From assembly GCA_001791045.1 (NCBI GenBank), contig MGDT01000004.1, positions 136,767-200,766 of the forward strand: a stretch of DNA of 64,000 bases, written 5' to 3'. This DNA is from Candidatus Uhrbacteria bacterium RIFCSPHIGHO2_01_FULL_63_20 (GTDB taxonomy: Bacteria; Patescibacteriota; Patescibacteriia; UBA9934; GWF2-40-263). The position numbers and the translations under genes are program-made. Below are positions 1 to 11,129 of the stretch, one piece after another. The notes beneath the pieces are model-generated. The model saw only the letters and a program-made list of their open reading frames with translations. It searched no databases and was not told the DNA's origin. How positions within the stretch are numbered: the stretch's first letter is position 1; each line of letters begins with the position of its first letter.

Positions 1-2400
<2,400 letters not shown>

Positions 2401-2839
2401 GCAAGTTCAGATCAAGGCCGGCTTACACGGCCATTCCCCACTCGGCTTTCCGCAAATCGTTGCAAGTCGATTTCGCGTCCGTCCGTTGGAGACGTCTTAC
2501 AGTGATCGTTTATTCTCTGACCTATTCAATTGTGAAGGGTCGAGTCCCAGTCGCTTTGACCGTCGCCGCACGCGTCGCGTGTGACGTGGCTTCGGACCAG
2601 GCCCCGACGTTCCGATGGTCGGAAGTTCGGGGTCTGTGCCGGAGTCCTCTCGAAAGAAAAACCGCGCTTGGCAGCGCGGGGACACCTTAAAGAAGGTCAC
2701 TCCCCACGAGGCCGATGAAGATTGGTCGGTGAGATGCGCATGGCGGTCTCCAGATCTTCACTTGCTTCTCTCCATCCCTGCGAGATACAGCCGCAATGCC
2801 CGGGACAAAGAAGGAAGTGGATAACTTGTAAGTGTCGGC

Positions 2840-2868
2840 ATAGTAAATGAACGGAAAAACCCTGTCAA
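2840..2868 (-). promoter_or_regulatory. sigma70-type promoter upstream of the 23S rRNA
   Basis: Minus strand: TTGACA (2868-2863), 17-nt spacer, TACTAT (2845-2840). It lies ~440 nt upstream of the mature 23S 5' end. Confidence 0.6.
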
Positions 2869-2939
2869 GGAGGGCTGTCCCGAGGGTTTCCACAGTTGCC
2901 AAATGACAGGATGTTCGCTAAGAAGCAGGCGGAGGAACT

Positions 2940-3611
2940 ATGGCATACGATACGTTCTCTGCCCTCATCTGCGGGTACGGGATCCCGAAGTATATCTTCA
3001 AGGATCCCTCCTATCATGCGTACCTGGTCGCTTGCACTAATTGGTTGTTCGAGAACCTTCGCGACGCATCCGGATCCATCGTCCTGGTGGGCGGGGCAAC
3101 GGACATGCGCAGGCCGTACAAGCGGACCGAGGCAGACGAGATGGCCGGTTGGCTTAAGAAGCGGCGCGACGATGTCGAAGGCTGGACCGGAGAATCGCTC
3201 CCTTGGAAAATCGTCTCGCGTCCTGGAGCGCTGTCGACGGTGGAGAACCTGCTGAAGTTTCGTCGGATTACCGATCCTTCAACGGACCAGCTCGTGATCT
3301 TCTGCGAACGCACGCGGCTCAATCGCATCCGCGAACTTACGTTCGCCGTCTTCCCCAAGGCGCGCGAGGTCGTGATCGTGCCAGTGGACTTCGACGGCTC
3401 GCCGAGACGCTACCAGCCGATCAGGAACGCCGAGCAGGAGCAGCAATTCCTCGCGATGGAAAAACGAGCGGCCAGCGACGACAGGGCCATGCGCAAGCTC
3501 CGGGCGATGATGATGGAAAAGCTCGCCCGCATGCGCAAGCTCGGACCGAAGAAGGGCCACGAGCAGCTCCCCCGGATCCTCACCGAGCTTCTGGCGAAAT
3601 ACGGCGATTGA
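2940..3611 (+). CDS. DUF218/YdcF-like (SanA/ElyC-type) protein
   Basis: 223-aa ORF with an ATG start. The segments IVLVGGATD, RTEADEMAGWL, ALSTVENL and LVIFCERTRLNR resemble the DUF218 fold. Family assigned from memory. Confidence 0.6.
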   Translation: MAYDTFSALICGYGIPKYIFKDPSYHAYLVACTNWLFENLRDASGSIVLVGGATDMRRPYKRTEADEMAGWLKKRRDDVEGWTGESLPWKIVSRPGALSTVENLLKFRRITDPSTDQLVIFCERTRLNRIRELTFAVFPKAREVVIVPVDFDGSPRRYQPIRNAEQEQQFLAMEKRAASDDRAMRKLRAMMMEKLARMRKLGPKKGHEQLPRILTELLAKYGD

Positions 3612-3651
3612 ACGATACGAAAACCCTCGGGACGCGCCGAGGGTTTTCTCA

Positions 3652-4254
3652 TCACGGATTCGCCAGCTCGTCATGCAGCGACTGGCCCGGGGCGTATTCG
3701 AACGGGCGGGATTTGATGTCCTCGATCACCTCGACGAGCACCGGATACTGTTCGCCCATGAAGTGACCGTTCCCGTCCGTCTCCACGAATTTCGCCCGGA
3801 ACGCTTCGGCCAACTTGCGAGCGTGTTCGATGGGGACCATCGTGTCGTCCTTCGAGTGCACGACGACGTATTCGCGCGCCTTCCACATGAGCACGTCGGC
3901 ATCGAGGTCCACGATGAACAATCGCCGCAGTTCGGGCTTGGACACCTTCCACGGCGGAGCCACCATCACCACGGCACGCGGGGTCTCGGTCATCTCCACC
4001 CCTTCGAGATACTGAAGCACCATGAAGGCGCCCAGCGAGTGGCCAACGAGGACGTCTTCGCTCGTGATGAACCCTGCCTGGCCGCGCATCTGTTCCACCA
4101 GTTCCGGGATCTTGAGATCCCCTTCCTCGGACAGCTTCAGGTCCAACCTCGGAGTGACCACCTCGAACCCGCGATCCTTCAATGCAGGAGCGAGCCATGG
4201 GATGAACTGGCCTTCGGGAGAGGAATTGAACCCGTGCACAAGGATGACGCGCAT
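3652..4254 (-). CDS. alpha/beta-fold serine hydrolase (YdeN/RBBP9-like)
   Basis: N-terminus MRVILVHGFNSSP, nucleophile elbow GHSLG, and a late HSKDD...GNGHF. Start placed at the internal ATG, because the longer GTG start at 4305 abuts the tRNA. Confidence 0.75.
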   Translation of the reverse strand: MRVILVHGFNSSPEGQFIPWLAPALKDRGFEVVTPRLDLKLSEEGDLKIPELVEQMRGQAGFITSEDVLVGHSLGAFMVLQYLEGVEMTETPRAVVMVAPPWKVSKPELRRLFIVDLDADVLMWKAREYVVVHSKDDTMVPIEHARKLAEAFRAKFVETDGNGHFMGEQYPVLVEVIEDIKSRPFEYAPGQSLHDELANP

Positions 4255-4305
4255 ATCGGGGTCGAGCGTAGCAAAACGAGCGGATTTACGATAGAGTCGC
4301 GGCAC

Positions 4306-4392
4306 GCCGGGGTGGTGAAACTGGCAGACACGCCAGCCTTAGGAGCTGGTGAACGCAAGTTCATGTGGGTTCGAGTCCCACCCCCGGCACCA
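4306..4392 (+). tRNA. tRNA-Leu (anticodon TAG), CCA encoded
   Basis: Cloverleaf read by eye. Acceptor GCCGGGG/CCCCGGC, anticodon loop CTTAGGA, long variable arm, T-arm GTGGG-TTCGAGT-CCCAC, then A-CCA. Confidence 0.9.
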
Positions 4393-4490
4393 GCCTTCGT
4401 TCCCGCGGGAGCTTCGGCTGACAGTGCCGTCTATCCACACCACGTCCATTGACGAAACAAAAATTTCGTGGTTGAATGAAGCTACAAGAG

Positions 4491-4526
4491 GAAACGACCC
4501 GCCACTCGCGGGTCGTTTCTTTTTTG
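4491..4526 (+). terminator. intrinsic terminator (12-bp stem + T6)
   Basis: GAAACGACCCGC-cactc-GCGGGTCGTTTC followed by TTTTTT. It lies ~100 nt after tRNA-Leu and 37 nt before the next start codon. Confidence 0.7.
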
Positions 4527-4562
4527 CATGCATCGTCCCGGGACGTCCTTTAACAACATCCT

Positions 4563-6557
4563 ATGAAATACCTGATCCTTGTCGGGCTGCTTGCGGCCGC
4601 GCCGATCCACATGGCGTACGCGCAAGAGGCCCCGCGAGTCATCTTGAGTGAGATCGCCTGGGCAGGGTCGTCGCTTAACGCATCGGACGAATGGATCGAG
4701 CTCGCGAACACGGGCGATGAGCCGGTCGACCTGTCCGGATACGTCCTCGATGGGGCCGCGACCTCTGGCGGGACGCTCGCCTTGCCCGCCGGTGCCGTCA
4801 TCGCCGCCCGCGGGACGTACGTGATCGCGAATTTCGCGACAAGCGACGAACGGTCCGCGCTTCTGGCCGCCGACCATGTCACCTCCGCCGTCTCGCTCTC
4901 CAACACGGCGCTCAAGATCGTGTTGCGCGACGCCGCAGGCGCGGAACTGGATCGCGCGGGCGACGGCAAGGCGCCGAGTGCCGGATCCAGCGCCCCGTTC
5001 ACCAGCATGACGCGACTTGAAGACGGGACCTTCGCCTCTTCCGCCGAGTCCGTCGGGTTCAAAGAAGGGGTCACGGACCTCGGGACGCCTGGGAGCCATC
5101 CGTTCGCGGCCGAGACGGTCGAAGAAGCTCCCGCGACGGTGGAAGAGCCTGCGCCGATACCGGAACCCGTGACGGAGGAGCTTCCGACCGCAGAGCCAGA
5201 GGAAGTTGTCGTCCCAAACGATGGTGCAGGACCTTCTGACACGGATCCTCCGGTCGAAGATCCTTCGGCTGCCGCGCCTCAGGATGACACGAGTGAAGAG
5301 GCGCCGGTTATCGATGAGCAAGCCTCCGCGGCGCCTGATCCTGTCGAGGGCCAGGATGATGCCGTGGCGACCGACGATATCCCTTCGACAAGCTCAGGGA
5401 ATATCGCTTCAGACACCCTTCCCCCTTCCATCTCCTTCCCTCCAGGGACACTCCGTGTCAGCGAGCTGTATCCGGCGCCCGAGAGCGGCGAGGACGAGTG
5501 GGTGGAGATCGACAACCCGTTCAACAACGTCATCCCGCTCGACGGGTGGACGATCTCGGACGCCTCCGGGACGAAGACGGCCCTCCCAGACCAACTCCTT
5601 GGGTTCGGACGATCGGTCGTCATCCGGAATCCGAAAGGCAAACTCAACAATGATGGCGACACCCTCACGCTCCTCGCGCCGGACGGCTCCGCGATCGACG
5701 CCGTGGCGTACGGGAAGGACGGACAGAAGGCCGGACGGTCGTTCATCCGCGTGGAAGACCATCTGGAGCTGACGCTGCATCCGACCCCGGGTGAGACGAA
5801 CGTGCTTGAAACAGCCGTCGCAGCCATTTCGCCGGAACGTTCCGAACCGGTGGCGGCGATGACGGCAACGCCGGTCGCCACCACCACTCCCTCAACCTCC
5901 TCCGTGACCCTTCAACCCATCTCCTATGTCCCTCCCGCTGTCGTCGCTCCCGCGATCACTCAACCCAAGCCTGCCGTGGTCCAGGCGCGGCCTGTCGCCG
6001 TGGCAAAACCGGTCGCCACGAAACCCGCTCCCAAACCCGCTGCCAAGCCGAAGGTCGCTGCCGCCAAGCGGACCGCATCCGCTCGCCGCGTGAACGCCGA
6101 AGACCTCGCCGACCTCAAGCTCAAGACCAAGGTCGTGGCCGAAGGAACGGTCACGGTGCTCCCCGGGACCTCGATGGGCAAACAGCGCATGGCCATCAAG
6201 GATGAGACGGGGGAAATCCCGCTCTACAAAAACGACAGCGCGTTCGGAGAGCTGTCGCTGGGCGACCGCATCCGCGTCGCAGGCACGATCAGCTCCGCAC
6301 AAGGGGAAAAACGGATCAACGTGACGACGGTCACGGTCCTAAAACGCGCCCCCGAGATCGTCCCGATCCCGGCACGGACCGAGGAGGTGGTCCCTCCACC
6401 GACGAAAGACGCCTCGCGTCGCGGCGCAGGCGCCATGCTCGCCTCGTCCCTGGTCGCCGGCCTCGCTCTGTTCGCCCTGCGTCCTCATGCTCAACGCCTT
6501 ATCGCCAGATATGTCTCACGCCACGCTCTCCCTGTCGCTGCTCAAACGCCGGATTGA
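4563..6557 (+). CDS. surface protein: signal peptide + 2 lamin-tail (LTD) domains + OB-fold + C-terminal TM anchor
   Basis: Signal peptide MKYLILVGLLAAAPIHMAYA. The LTD signature occurs twice (ILSEIAWAGS..DEWIELANTG..VDLSGY and RVSELYPAPESGEDEWVEIDNP..IPLDGW). A P/A/K-rich linker follows, then an OB-like block (VVAEGTVTVLPG...RIRVAGTISSAQGEKRI) and a hydrophobic C-terminal helix. Confidence 0.75.
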   Translation: MKYLILVGLLAAAPIHMAYAQEAPRVILSEIAWAGSSLNASDEWIELANTGDEPVDLSGYVLDGAATSGGTLALPAGAVIAARGTYVIANFATSDERSALLAADHVTSAVSLSNTALKIVLRDAAGAELDRAGDGKAPSAGSSAPFTSMTRLEDGTFASSAESVGFKEGVTDLGTPGSHPFAAETVEEAPATVEEPAPIPEPVTEELPTAEPEEVVVPNDGAGPSDTDPPVEDPSAAAPQDDTSEEAPVIDEQASAAPDPVEGQDDAVATDDIPSTSSGNIASDTLPPSISFPPGTLRVSELYPAPESGEDEWVEIDNPFNNVIPLDGWTISDASGTKTALPDQLLGFGRSVVIRNPKGKLNNDGDTLTLLAPDGSAIDAVAYGKDGQKAGRSFIRVEDHLELTLHPTPGETNVLETAVAAISPERSEPVAAMTATPVATTTPSTSSVTLQPISYVPPAVVAPAITQPKPAVVQARPVAVAKPVATKPAPKPAAKPKVAAAKRTASARRVNAEDLADLKLKTKVVAEGTVTVLPGTSMGKQRMAIKDETGEIPLYKNDSAFGELSLGDRIRVAGTISSAQGEKRINVTTVTVLKRAPEIVPIPARTEEVVPPPTKDASRRGAGAMLASSLVAGLALFALRPHAQRLIARYVSRHALPVAAQTPD

Positions 6558-6675
6558 GAACAAGGCATTCGCCTATGGCATCTCCTCGACCGTCGGGGTC
6601 CTGCTGGCCGAGTACGTGATCGACCTGTTACGCGCCGCCTCCCATAACCAACCTGTCGATTCCCTATCCGTCTGA
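6511..6675 (+). CDS. small hypothetical protein (54 aa)
   Basis: ATG-initiated ORF that overlaps the end of the LTD gene in another frame and is predicted helical. Coding status uncertain. Confidence 0.3.
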   Translation: MSHATLSLSLLKRRIENKAFAYGISSTVGVLLAEYVIDLLRAASHNQPVDSLSV

Positions 6676-6676
6676 T

Positions 6677-6889
6677 ATGTCCGCCAACGAAAAAGCGACC
6701 TGGTTCATGAGCCTCATCGCGTCCGTCCAGACCCTTGCCGAAGAGCTCGGGCTCGACGACCTGTCCACGCAAAAACTTCGCGAGTTCGTCCTCACCACGG
6801 CCAAAAACGAGTACATGGCCGGCAACCGATCGGGCATCTCCTGGGCGCGCAAGAACCCGACGCGCGGTCCCGTTGCCGCCGCTTCCTGA
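6677..6889 (+). CDS. small hypothetical protein (70 aa)
   Basis: ATG ORF starting 2 nt after the previous ORF. Composition is protein-like (MSANEKATWFMSLIASVQTLAEELGLDD...). No family recognised. Confidence 0.4.
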   Translation: MSANEKATWFMSLIASVQTLAEELGLDDLSTQKLREFVLTTAKNEYMAGNRSGISWARKNPTRGPVAAAS

Positions 6890-6908
6890 CCTGCTATAGT
6901 AACCAAGT

Positions 6909-7268
6909 ATGGAGGCGAAGCTTGAAGCACAAATCAACTTCTTGTCCGGCCAGATCAGCGACCTCACGAGCGCCGTGAAAATCGGCTTCGATGGGGTGGA
7001 CCAACGGTTTGACGCCATGGACAAGCGGTTCGAAGCCATGGACCAACGGTTTGACGCCATGGACAAGCGGTTCGAAGCCATGGACCAACGGTTTGACGCC
7101 ATGGACAAGCGGTTCGATCGAATCGAGGGGAGATTGGATCGTGTCGAACTTCGTCTGGACGGGGTGGAGACCCACCTGGACCTGCTTACAGGGGAATTCC
7201 AGGATTTGCGCATGGTGGTGACAACGGATGCCGCCAAACGTAACAAACACCCTCGGCTTAGAAGGTGA
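6909..7268 (+). CDS. coiled-coil mini-protein with MD(Q/K)RF(D/E)A heptad repeats
   Basis: 119-aa ORF containing 5.5 consecutive heptads DQRFDAM/DKRFEAM. It is followed by a strong terminator. Paralogous to the ORFs at 50982-51305 and 56147-56458. Confidence 0.6.
   Translation: MEAKLEAQINFLSGQISDLTSAVKIGFDGVDQRFDAMDKRFEAMDQRFDAMDKRFEAMDQRFDAMDKRFDRIEGRLDRVELRLDGVETHLDLLTGEFQDLRMVVTTDAAKRNKHPRLRR
6999..7118 (+). repeat. 42-bp tandem repeat (~2.8 copies) inside the coiled-coil gene
   Basis: The unit GACCAACGGTTTGACGCCATGGACAAGCGGTTCGAAGCCATG repeats almost perfectly. Confidence 0.85.
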
Positions 7269-7274
7269 TAAAAA

Positions 7275-7303
7275 CCGCCCCGGCGCCGGGGCGGTCTTTG
7301 TTT
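7275..7303 (+). terminator. intrinsic terminator
   Basis: CCGCCCCGG-cg-CCGGGGCGG followed by TCTTTGTTT. Confidence 0.75.
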
Positions 7304-7310
7304 CGTCGGA

Positions 7311-7340
7311 CAACAAAATCCCCTCTCTTGCGAGAGGGGA
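7311..7340 (-). terminator. intrinsic terminator after tRNA-Gly
   Basis: Minus strand: TCCCCTCTC-gcaa-GAGAGGGGA followed by TTTTGTTG. Confidence 0.7.
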
Positions 7341-7343
7341 TTT

Positions 7344-7418
7344 TGGAGCGGGAAACGGGGATCGAACCCGCGGCCTTCTCGTTGGCAACGAGACGCTCTA
7401 CCACTGAGCTATTCCCGC
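7344..7418 (-). tRNA. tRNA-Gly (anticodon GCC), CCA encoded
   Basis: The reverse complement reads GCGGGAATAGCTCAGTGGTAGAGCGTCTCGTTGCCAACGAGAAGGCCGCGGGTTCGATCCCCGTTTCCCGCTCCA. The anticodon loop is TTGCCAA. Confidence 0.9.
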
Positions 7419-7497
7419 GAACATTTCTCCTTCTTCTTTTGTGGTCGGGACTGTACACCCATGCGCGCCGCCTGACAAGAGGTATACTGTGCCTGTT

Positions 7498-9243
7498 ATG
7501 GTCAAGCGCGCCGCCACCAACCAGAAAATCGCCGCCATCCTGCGCGAGATCGGGCTGTTCGACGAGGCGTTCGACGTCCCGTACAAGCCGCAGGCGTACG
7601 AAAGCGCGGCCGAGGTGGTCGAAGGGTTGGGCGAGCAGCTCTCTGACCTCTATCAGAAGTGCGGCACCGCATGCATCGACGACCTGCCAGGCATCGGCGA
7701 GAGCATCGCGAAGAAGATCGAGGAGCTGGTGACCACCGGGCGCCTCAAGGCCTACGACCAGCTGAAAAAGAAATACCCGTTCGACCTCGCGGGCATGACC
7801 GCGATCCATGGCCTGGGCCCCAAGAAGGCGATGGCGCTCTACCAGGCGCTCAAGGTGAAGGACCTGAAGGCGCTCGAGAACGCGGCCAAGGCCGGCAAGG
7901 TGCGCCGCGTCCCTGGATTCGGACGAAAGACCGAGGACGCGATCCTCTCCGGGCTCGGATTCCTTCGCGAACACGAAGGCCGCTTCCGCCTCCACGACAT
8001 CCTCCCGGTCGCCGACCGCCTGGTCGGGCAGCTGAAACGCGTCCCGGGGGCGCACGAGGTCGAAGTCACGGGATCCATCCGCCGCATGAAGGAGACGATC
8101 GGCGACATCGACCTCATCATGACCGCGGATGACCCGAAACGGGCGCTCGACGCGTTCACCGCCTACCCCGAAGTGACGCAGGTGCTCATGCGCAGCGACG
8201 ATCGCGCGTCGGTGCGATGCCGCGGCGGCATCCAAGCGGACCTCATCGTGCTCGAGCCCGATCATTTCGCGCTCGTGCTCCATCATTTCACGGGCAACCG
8301 CGAGCACAACATCGAACTGCGCACGCTCGCGCTCAAGCACGACATGACGCTGTCCGAATACGGGCTCCTGAAGGAAGGAAAACCGCTGCCGATCAAGAAG
8401 GAAGAGAATATCTACCAGGCGCTTGGCCTGCCGTGGATCCCGCCGGAAATCCGCGAGGGCCAAGGCGAGATCAACGCCGCGCGCGAAGGACGTCTCCCCG
8501 ACCTCGTGGGCTACGACGACGTGAAGGGAGACCTGCAGGTGCAGACCGATTGGACCGACGGGGCTGCCTCGATCGAGGAAATGGCGAAGGAGGCGAGGAA
8601 GCGCGGGCTCTCCTATATCGCCGTGACCGATCACACCAAGGCGCTCGCGATGACCGGAGGGCTTGATGAGAAGAGGCTCGCGGAACAAGGCAAGGAAATC
8701 GACGCGCTGAACGCCAAGACGAAGGGGTTCCGCATCCTGAAATCGACCGAGTGCGACATCCTGAAGGACGGTCGCTTGGACGTGGACGACGCGGCGCTCA
8801 AGGCGCTCGATCTCGTGTGCGTTTCGGTGCATTCGTTCTTCGCCCTTTCCGAATCCGTTCAGACCGAGCGCATCATCCGCGCGTTCAAGCACCCGCTCGT
8901 AAACGTGTTCTTACACCCGACCGGCCGCATCGTGAACGCGCGCGAGCCGTACGCGCTGGATTTCCCCAGGGTCTTGCGCGCGGCGAAAGAATACGGGGTG
9001 GCGCTCGAGGTGAACGGGTCGCACCGGCTCGACTTGCGTGACGCGCACGTCCGGGAAGCGGTGGGGACGGGCGTGAAGCTGGTCATCGACTCCGATTCCC
9101 ATTCGCCGGCCGAATACGATTTCCTGAAATTCGGGATCGCCCAAGCCCGTCGCGGCTGGGCCACCAAGGCCGACGTGCTGAACACCAAACCGGTCGAGGC
9201 GTTCTTGAAGGCGCTCCATGGGTTGAAAAAGAACAAAAAATGA
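7498..9243 (+). CDS. polX: family X DNA polymerase with C-terminal PHP domain
   Basis: Helix-hairpin-helix blocks (LPGIGESIAKKI, IHGLGPKKA, VPGFGRKTE). Pol-beta palm motif GSIRRMKETIGDIDLI. PHP motifs (LQVQTDWTDG, AVTDHT, SVHS, IDSDSH). Start placed at the MVKRAATNQ ATG. Confidence 0.9.
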   Translation: MVKRAATNQKIAAILREIGLFDEAFDVPYKPQAYESAAEVVEGLGEQLSDLYQKCGTACIDDLPGIGESIAKKIEELVTTGRLKAYDQLKKKYPFDLAGMTAIHGLGPKKAMALYQALKVKDLKALENAAKAGKVRRVPGFGRKTEDAILSGLGFLREHEGRFRLHDILPVADRLVGQLKRVPGAHEVEVTGSIRRMKETIGDIDLIMTADDPKRALDAFTAYPEVTQVLMRSDDRASVRCRGGIQADLIVLEPDHFALVLHHFTGNREHNIELRTLALKHDMTLSEYGLLKEGKPLPIKKEENIYQALGLPWIPPEIREGQGEINAAREGRLPDLVGYDDVKGDLQVQTDWTDGAASIEEMAKEARKRGLSYIAVTDHTKALAMTGGLDEKRLAEQGKEIDALNAKTKGFRILKSTECDILKDGRLDVDDAALKALDLVCVSVHSFFALSESVQTERIIRAFKHPLVNVFLHPTGRIVNAREPYALDFPRVLRAAKEYGVALEVNGSHRLDLRDAHVREAVGTGVKLVIDSDSHSPAEYDFLKFGIAQARRGWATKADVLNTKPVEAFLKALHGLKKNKK

Positions 9244-9259
9244 GTTAGTGTCGCCGCCT

Positions 9260-9346
9260 GGGCAGGTGGCGAAACTGGCAGACGCAGAGGTCTTAAACAC
9301 CTTTGAGGGAAACCTCGTGTGGGTTCGACTCCCACCCTGCCCACCA
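9260..9346 (+). tRNA. tRNA-Leu (anticodon TAA), CCA encoded
   Basis: Acceptor GGGCAGG/CCTGCCC, anticodon loop CTTAAAC, long variable arm, T-arm GTGGG-TTCGACT-CCCAC. Confidence 0.9.
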
Positions 9347-9350
9347 AAAA

Positions 9351-9379
9351 CCCGTCTCTTGCCAAAGAGACGGGTTTTT
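9351..9379 (+). terminator. intrinsic terminator after tRNA-Leu(TAA)
   Basis: CCCGTCTCT-tgccaa-AGAGACGGG followed by TTTTT. Confidence 0.75.
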
Positions 9380-9546
9380 GCTATGGTCAACTTGATCCGG
9401 GCAACGAAGCATGCCTGGTGCCGCTGGACCCAACCCCCGACGCGATCCCCCCCCGACGGTCCCCCCACCGTCTCTCGTGTCAGGACCCCTGGGTCCTCTT
9501 TTTATTGCTTGCCCCAGGAAGCCCCTCCATCCATAATGAGGGCGAT

Positions 9547-10581
9547 ATGATCGAACGGGATGTCCAGGACGAAGATGACCGGCTCGTTTCGAGCGCCGAA
9601 CAGGCGCCGGAGCGGGAATTCGAAGTGGGACTCAGGCCGGGGACGCTCGATGATTTCGTGGGCCAGCAAGGGGTGAAGGAAAACCTGCGCGTGCTGCTCG
9701 AAGCCGCCAAAGGACGGAACGAGCCGGTGGAGCACGTGCTCTTGTACGGCAATCCCGGGCTCGGGAAGACCACGCTCGCGCACGTGATCGCGCGCGAGAT
9801 GGGCGGGCAGATCCGCGTGACCAGCGGCCCGGCGCTCGAGCGCGTGGGCGACCTCGCGGCCATCCTCTCGAACCTCGGGCGCGGCGACATCCTGTTCGTG
9901 GACGAGATCCATCGCATGAACAAGACGATCGAGGAGGTGCTCTACCCGGCCATGGAGGACTACGCCCTCGACCTTGTGGTCGGCAAAGGGCCGACCGCTC
10001 GCACGCTGCGCTTGGCGCTCGAAAAATTCACGCTCATCGGCGCCACCACGCGGCTTTCCCTGCTCTCTTCGCCGCTGCGCGACCGCTTCGGCGCCACGTT
10101 CCATCTCAACTTCTACGAACAATCCGACATCGCCACGATCATCGCCCGCAGCGCCAAGCTCCTCGACGTCCCGACGGACGAACCCGCCGTCCGGCTCCTA
10201 AGCGAACGCTCCCGTCGGACACCCCGCGTCGCGAACCGCCTCCTCCGCCGCGTCCGCGACTTCGCCCAAGTTCGCGCGCAAGGCGACATCACGGAGCCGG
10301 TCGCGAAAGATGCGCTCATCATGCTCGACGTCGACGAATTCGGCCTCGACCGCGTGGACCGGTTCATCCTCCAGACCATCGTCGACAAGTTCCAGGGCGG
10401 TCCGGTGGGCCTCTCCACCCTCGCGGCCGCGACCCAGGAGGAAAGCGACACGCTCGAGGAGGTGCACGAGCCGTATCTCATCCAGCTGGGCCTGCTTGAG
10501 CGCACCGCGCGCGGGCGCATGGCCACGGGCGAGGCCTACCGCCACCTGGGCCGGCCCGTGCCGGAGCAACGGGCTTTGTGA
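9547..10581 (+). CDS. ruvB: Holliday junction branch-migration helicase RuvB
   Basis: Walker A GNPGLGKTT, Walker B ILFVDEIH, sensor GATTR, and the typical C-terminal winged helix. Start at the ATG at 9547 (MIERD). Confidence 0.95.
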   Translation: MIERDVQDEDDRLVSSAEQAPEREFEVGLRPGTLDDFVGQQGVKENLRVLLEAAKGRNEPVEHVLLYGNPGLGKTTLAHVIAREMGGQIRVTSGPALERVGDLAAILSNLGRGDILFVDEIHRMNKTIEEVLYPAMEDYALDLVVGKGPTARTLRLALEKFTLIGATTRLSLLSSPLRDRFGATFHLNFYEQSDIATIIARSAKLLDVPTDEPAVRLLSERSRRTPRVANRLLRRVRDFAQVRAQGDITEPVAKDALIMLDVDEFGLDRVDRFILQTIVDKFQGGPVGLSTLAAATQEESDTLEEVHEPYLIQLGLLERTARGRMATGEAYRHLGRPVPEQRAL

Positions 10582-10587
10582 AACAAG

Positions 10588-10881
10588 TCAGGACGAACGC
10601 CGGTCAGCCGTCCTATACGCGTCGCTACGGTGACAAATGATGAAAATAAAGACCTGATGGCCCTCGATCCGATAGACGACGCGATAGTCGCCCACGCGAA
10701 GCTTCCAATACCCTTTCAATGACCGGCGCAGCGGGACCCCGAACAGGTCAGGCTGCGTCATGAGTTTCTGCTCGATAGCCCGTCTGATCCGTTCCTTGTC
10801 GCGGCTTCCGAGCGATGGGATGTCCTCTTTCACCACCGCAGGGTGGTAGGAAACGGCGTACGCCAAACTGATCAGGCCCAC
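10588..10881 (-). CDS. RelE/ParE-family type II toxin
   Basis: The ~95-aa sequence ...LKGYWKLRVGDYRVVYRIEGHQVFIFIICHRSDAY matches the RelE/StbE signature. It overlaps the upstream antitoxin by 10 nt. Confidence 0.75.
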   Translation of the reverse strand: MGLISLAYAVSYHPAVVKEDIPSLGSRDKERIRRAIEQKLMTQPDLFGVPLRRSLKGYWKLRVGDYRVVYRIEGHQVFIFIICHRSDAYRTADRRSS

Positions 10882-11093
10882 GCCGCGTCGTGGGCGACGA
10901 ACTTGGCCTTTTTGCCGTCACGTGCCTGCGCCAAAGCGCCGAGCGCCATGTCCTCCTCTATTTCCAATGCGAACCGCACCAAATCGAGCGCTTTGGTGGA
11001 CACGGTCGTCTGATCCCGCTTCGCAAGCCGAGTGAGGACGTTCCCGACGTCGTCAGGCACGGAAAGGCTGATGCGCTGTTTGAGGGTTGGCAT
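10872..11093 (-). CDS. ribbon-helix-helix antitoxin
   Basis: MPTLKQRISLSVPDDVGNVLTRLAK... fits an RHH beta-strand plus two helices. It sits immediately upstream of, and overlaps, the RelE-like gene. Confidence 0.65.
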   Translation of the reverse strand: MPTLKQRISLSVPDDVGNVLTRLAKRDQTTVSTKALDLVRFALEIEEDMALGALAQARDGKKAKFVAHDAAWA

Positions 11094-11129
11094 AGATACA
11101 AGGAGTGTAACACTGGTGCGGCACACTGG

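Noticed and set aside
2816-2826. GTTATCCAC (DnaA-box-like) near the predicted 23S transcription start; also CTATCCACA at 4431-4439
   Set aside because: These are single isolated 8/9 matches, which are expected by chance. There is no clustering or AT-rich partner.
4449-4562. Promoter-like TTGACG-17-TTGAAT followed 14 nt later by a strong terminator, just upstream of the LTD gene (possible attenuator or tiny sRNA)
   Set aside because: A simpler reading is that the terminator ends the tRNA-Leu transcript. The LTD gene would then have its own promoter (TTGCAT-19-TTTAAC at 4524-4554), giving a near-leaderless mRNA. No alternative antiterminator pairing was evident.
7258-8892. 544-aa minus-strand ORF
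   Set aside because: It is antisense to the clearly recognisable polX gene. The Arg/His/Asp/Leu-rich, low-complexity translation is typical of antisense frames in GC-rich DNA. The same reasoning applies to 18156-19643, 22375-23793, 39878-41359, 54136-55719, 51327-52385, 57671-58768, 32053-33294 and 14920-16194.
9447-9472. C8-GACGG motif plus GACGGT-C6-ACCGTC hairpin upstream of ruvB, resembling the C10-GACGG at 12098-12112 in the DGR
   Set aside because: The similarity is limited to ~13 nt of low-complexity sequence with no extended flanking identity, so it is probably coincidental.
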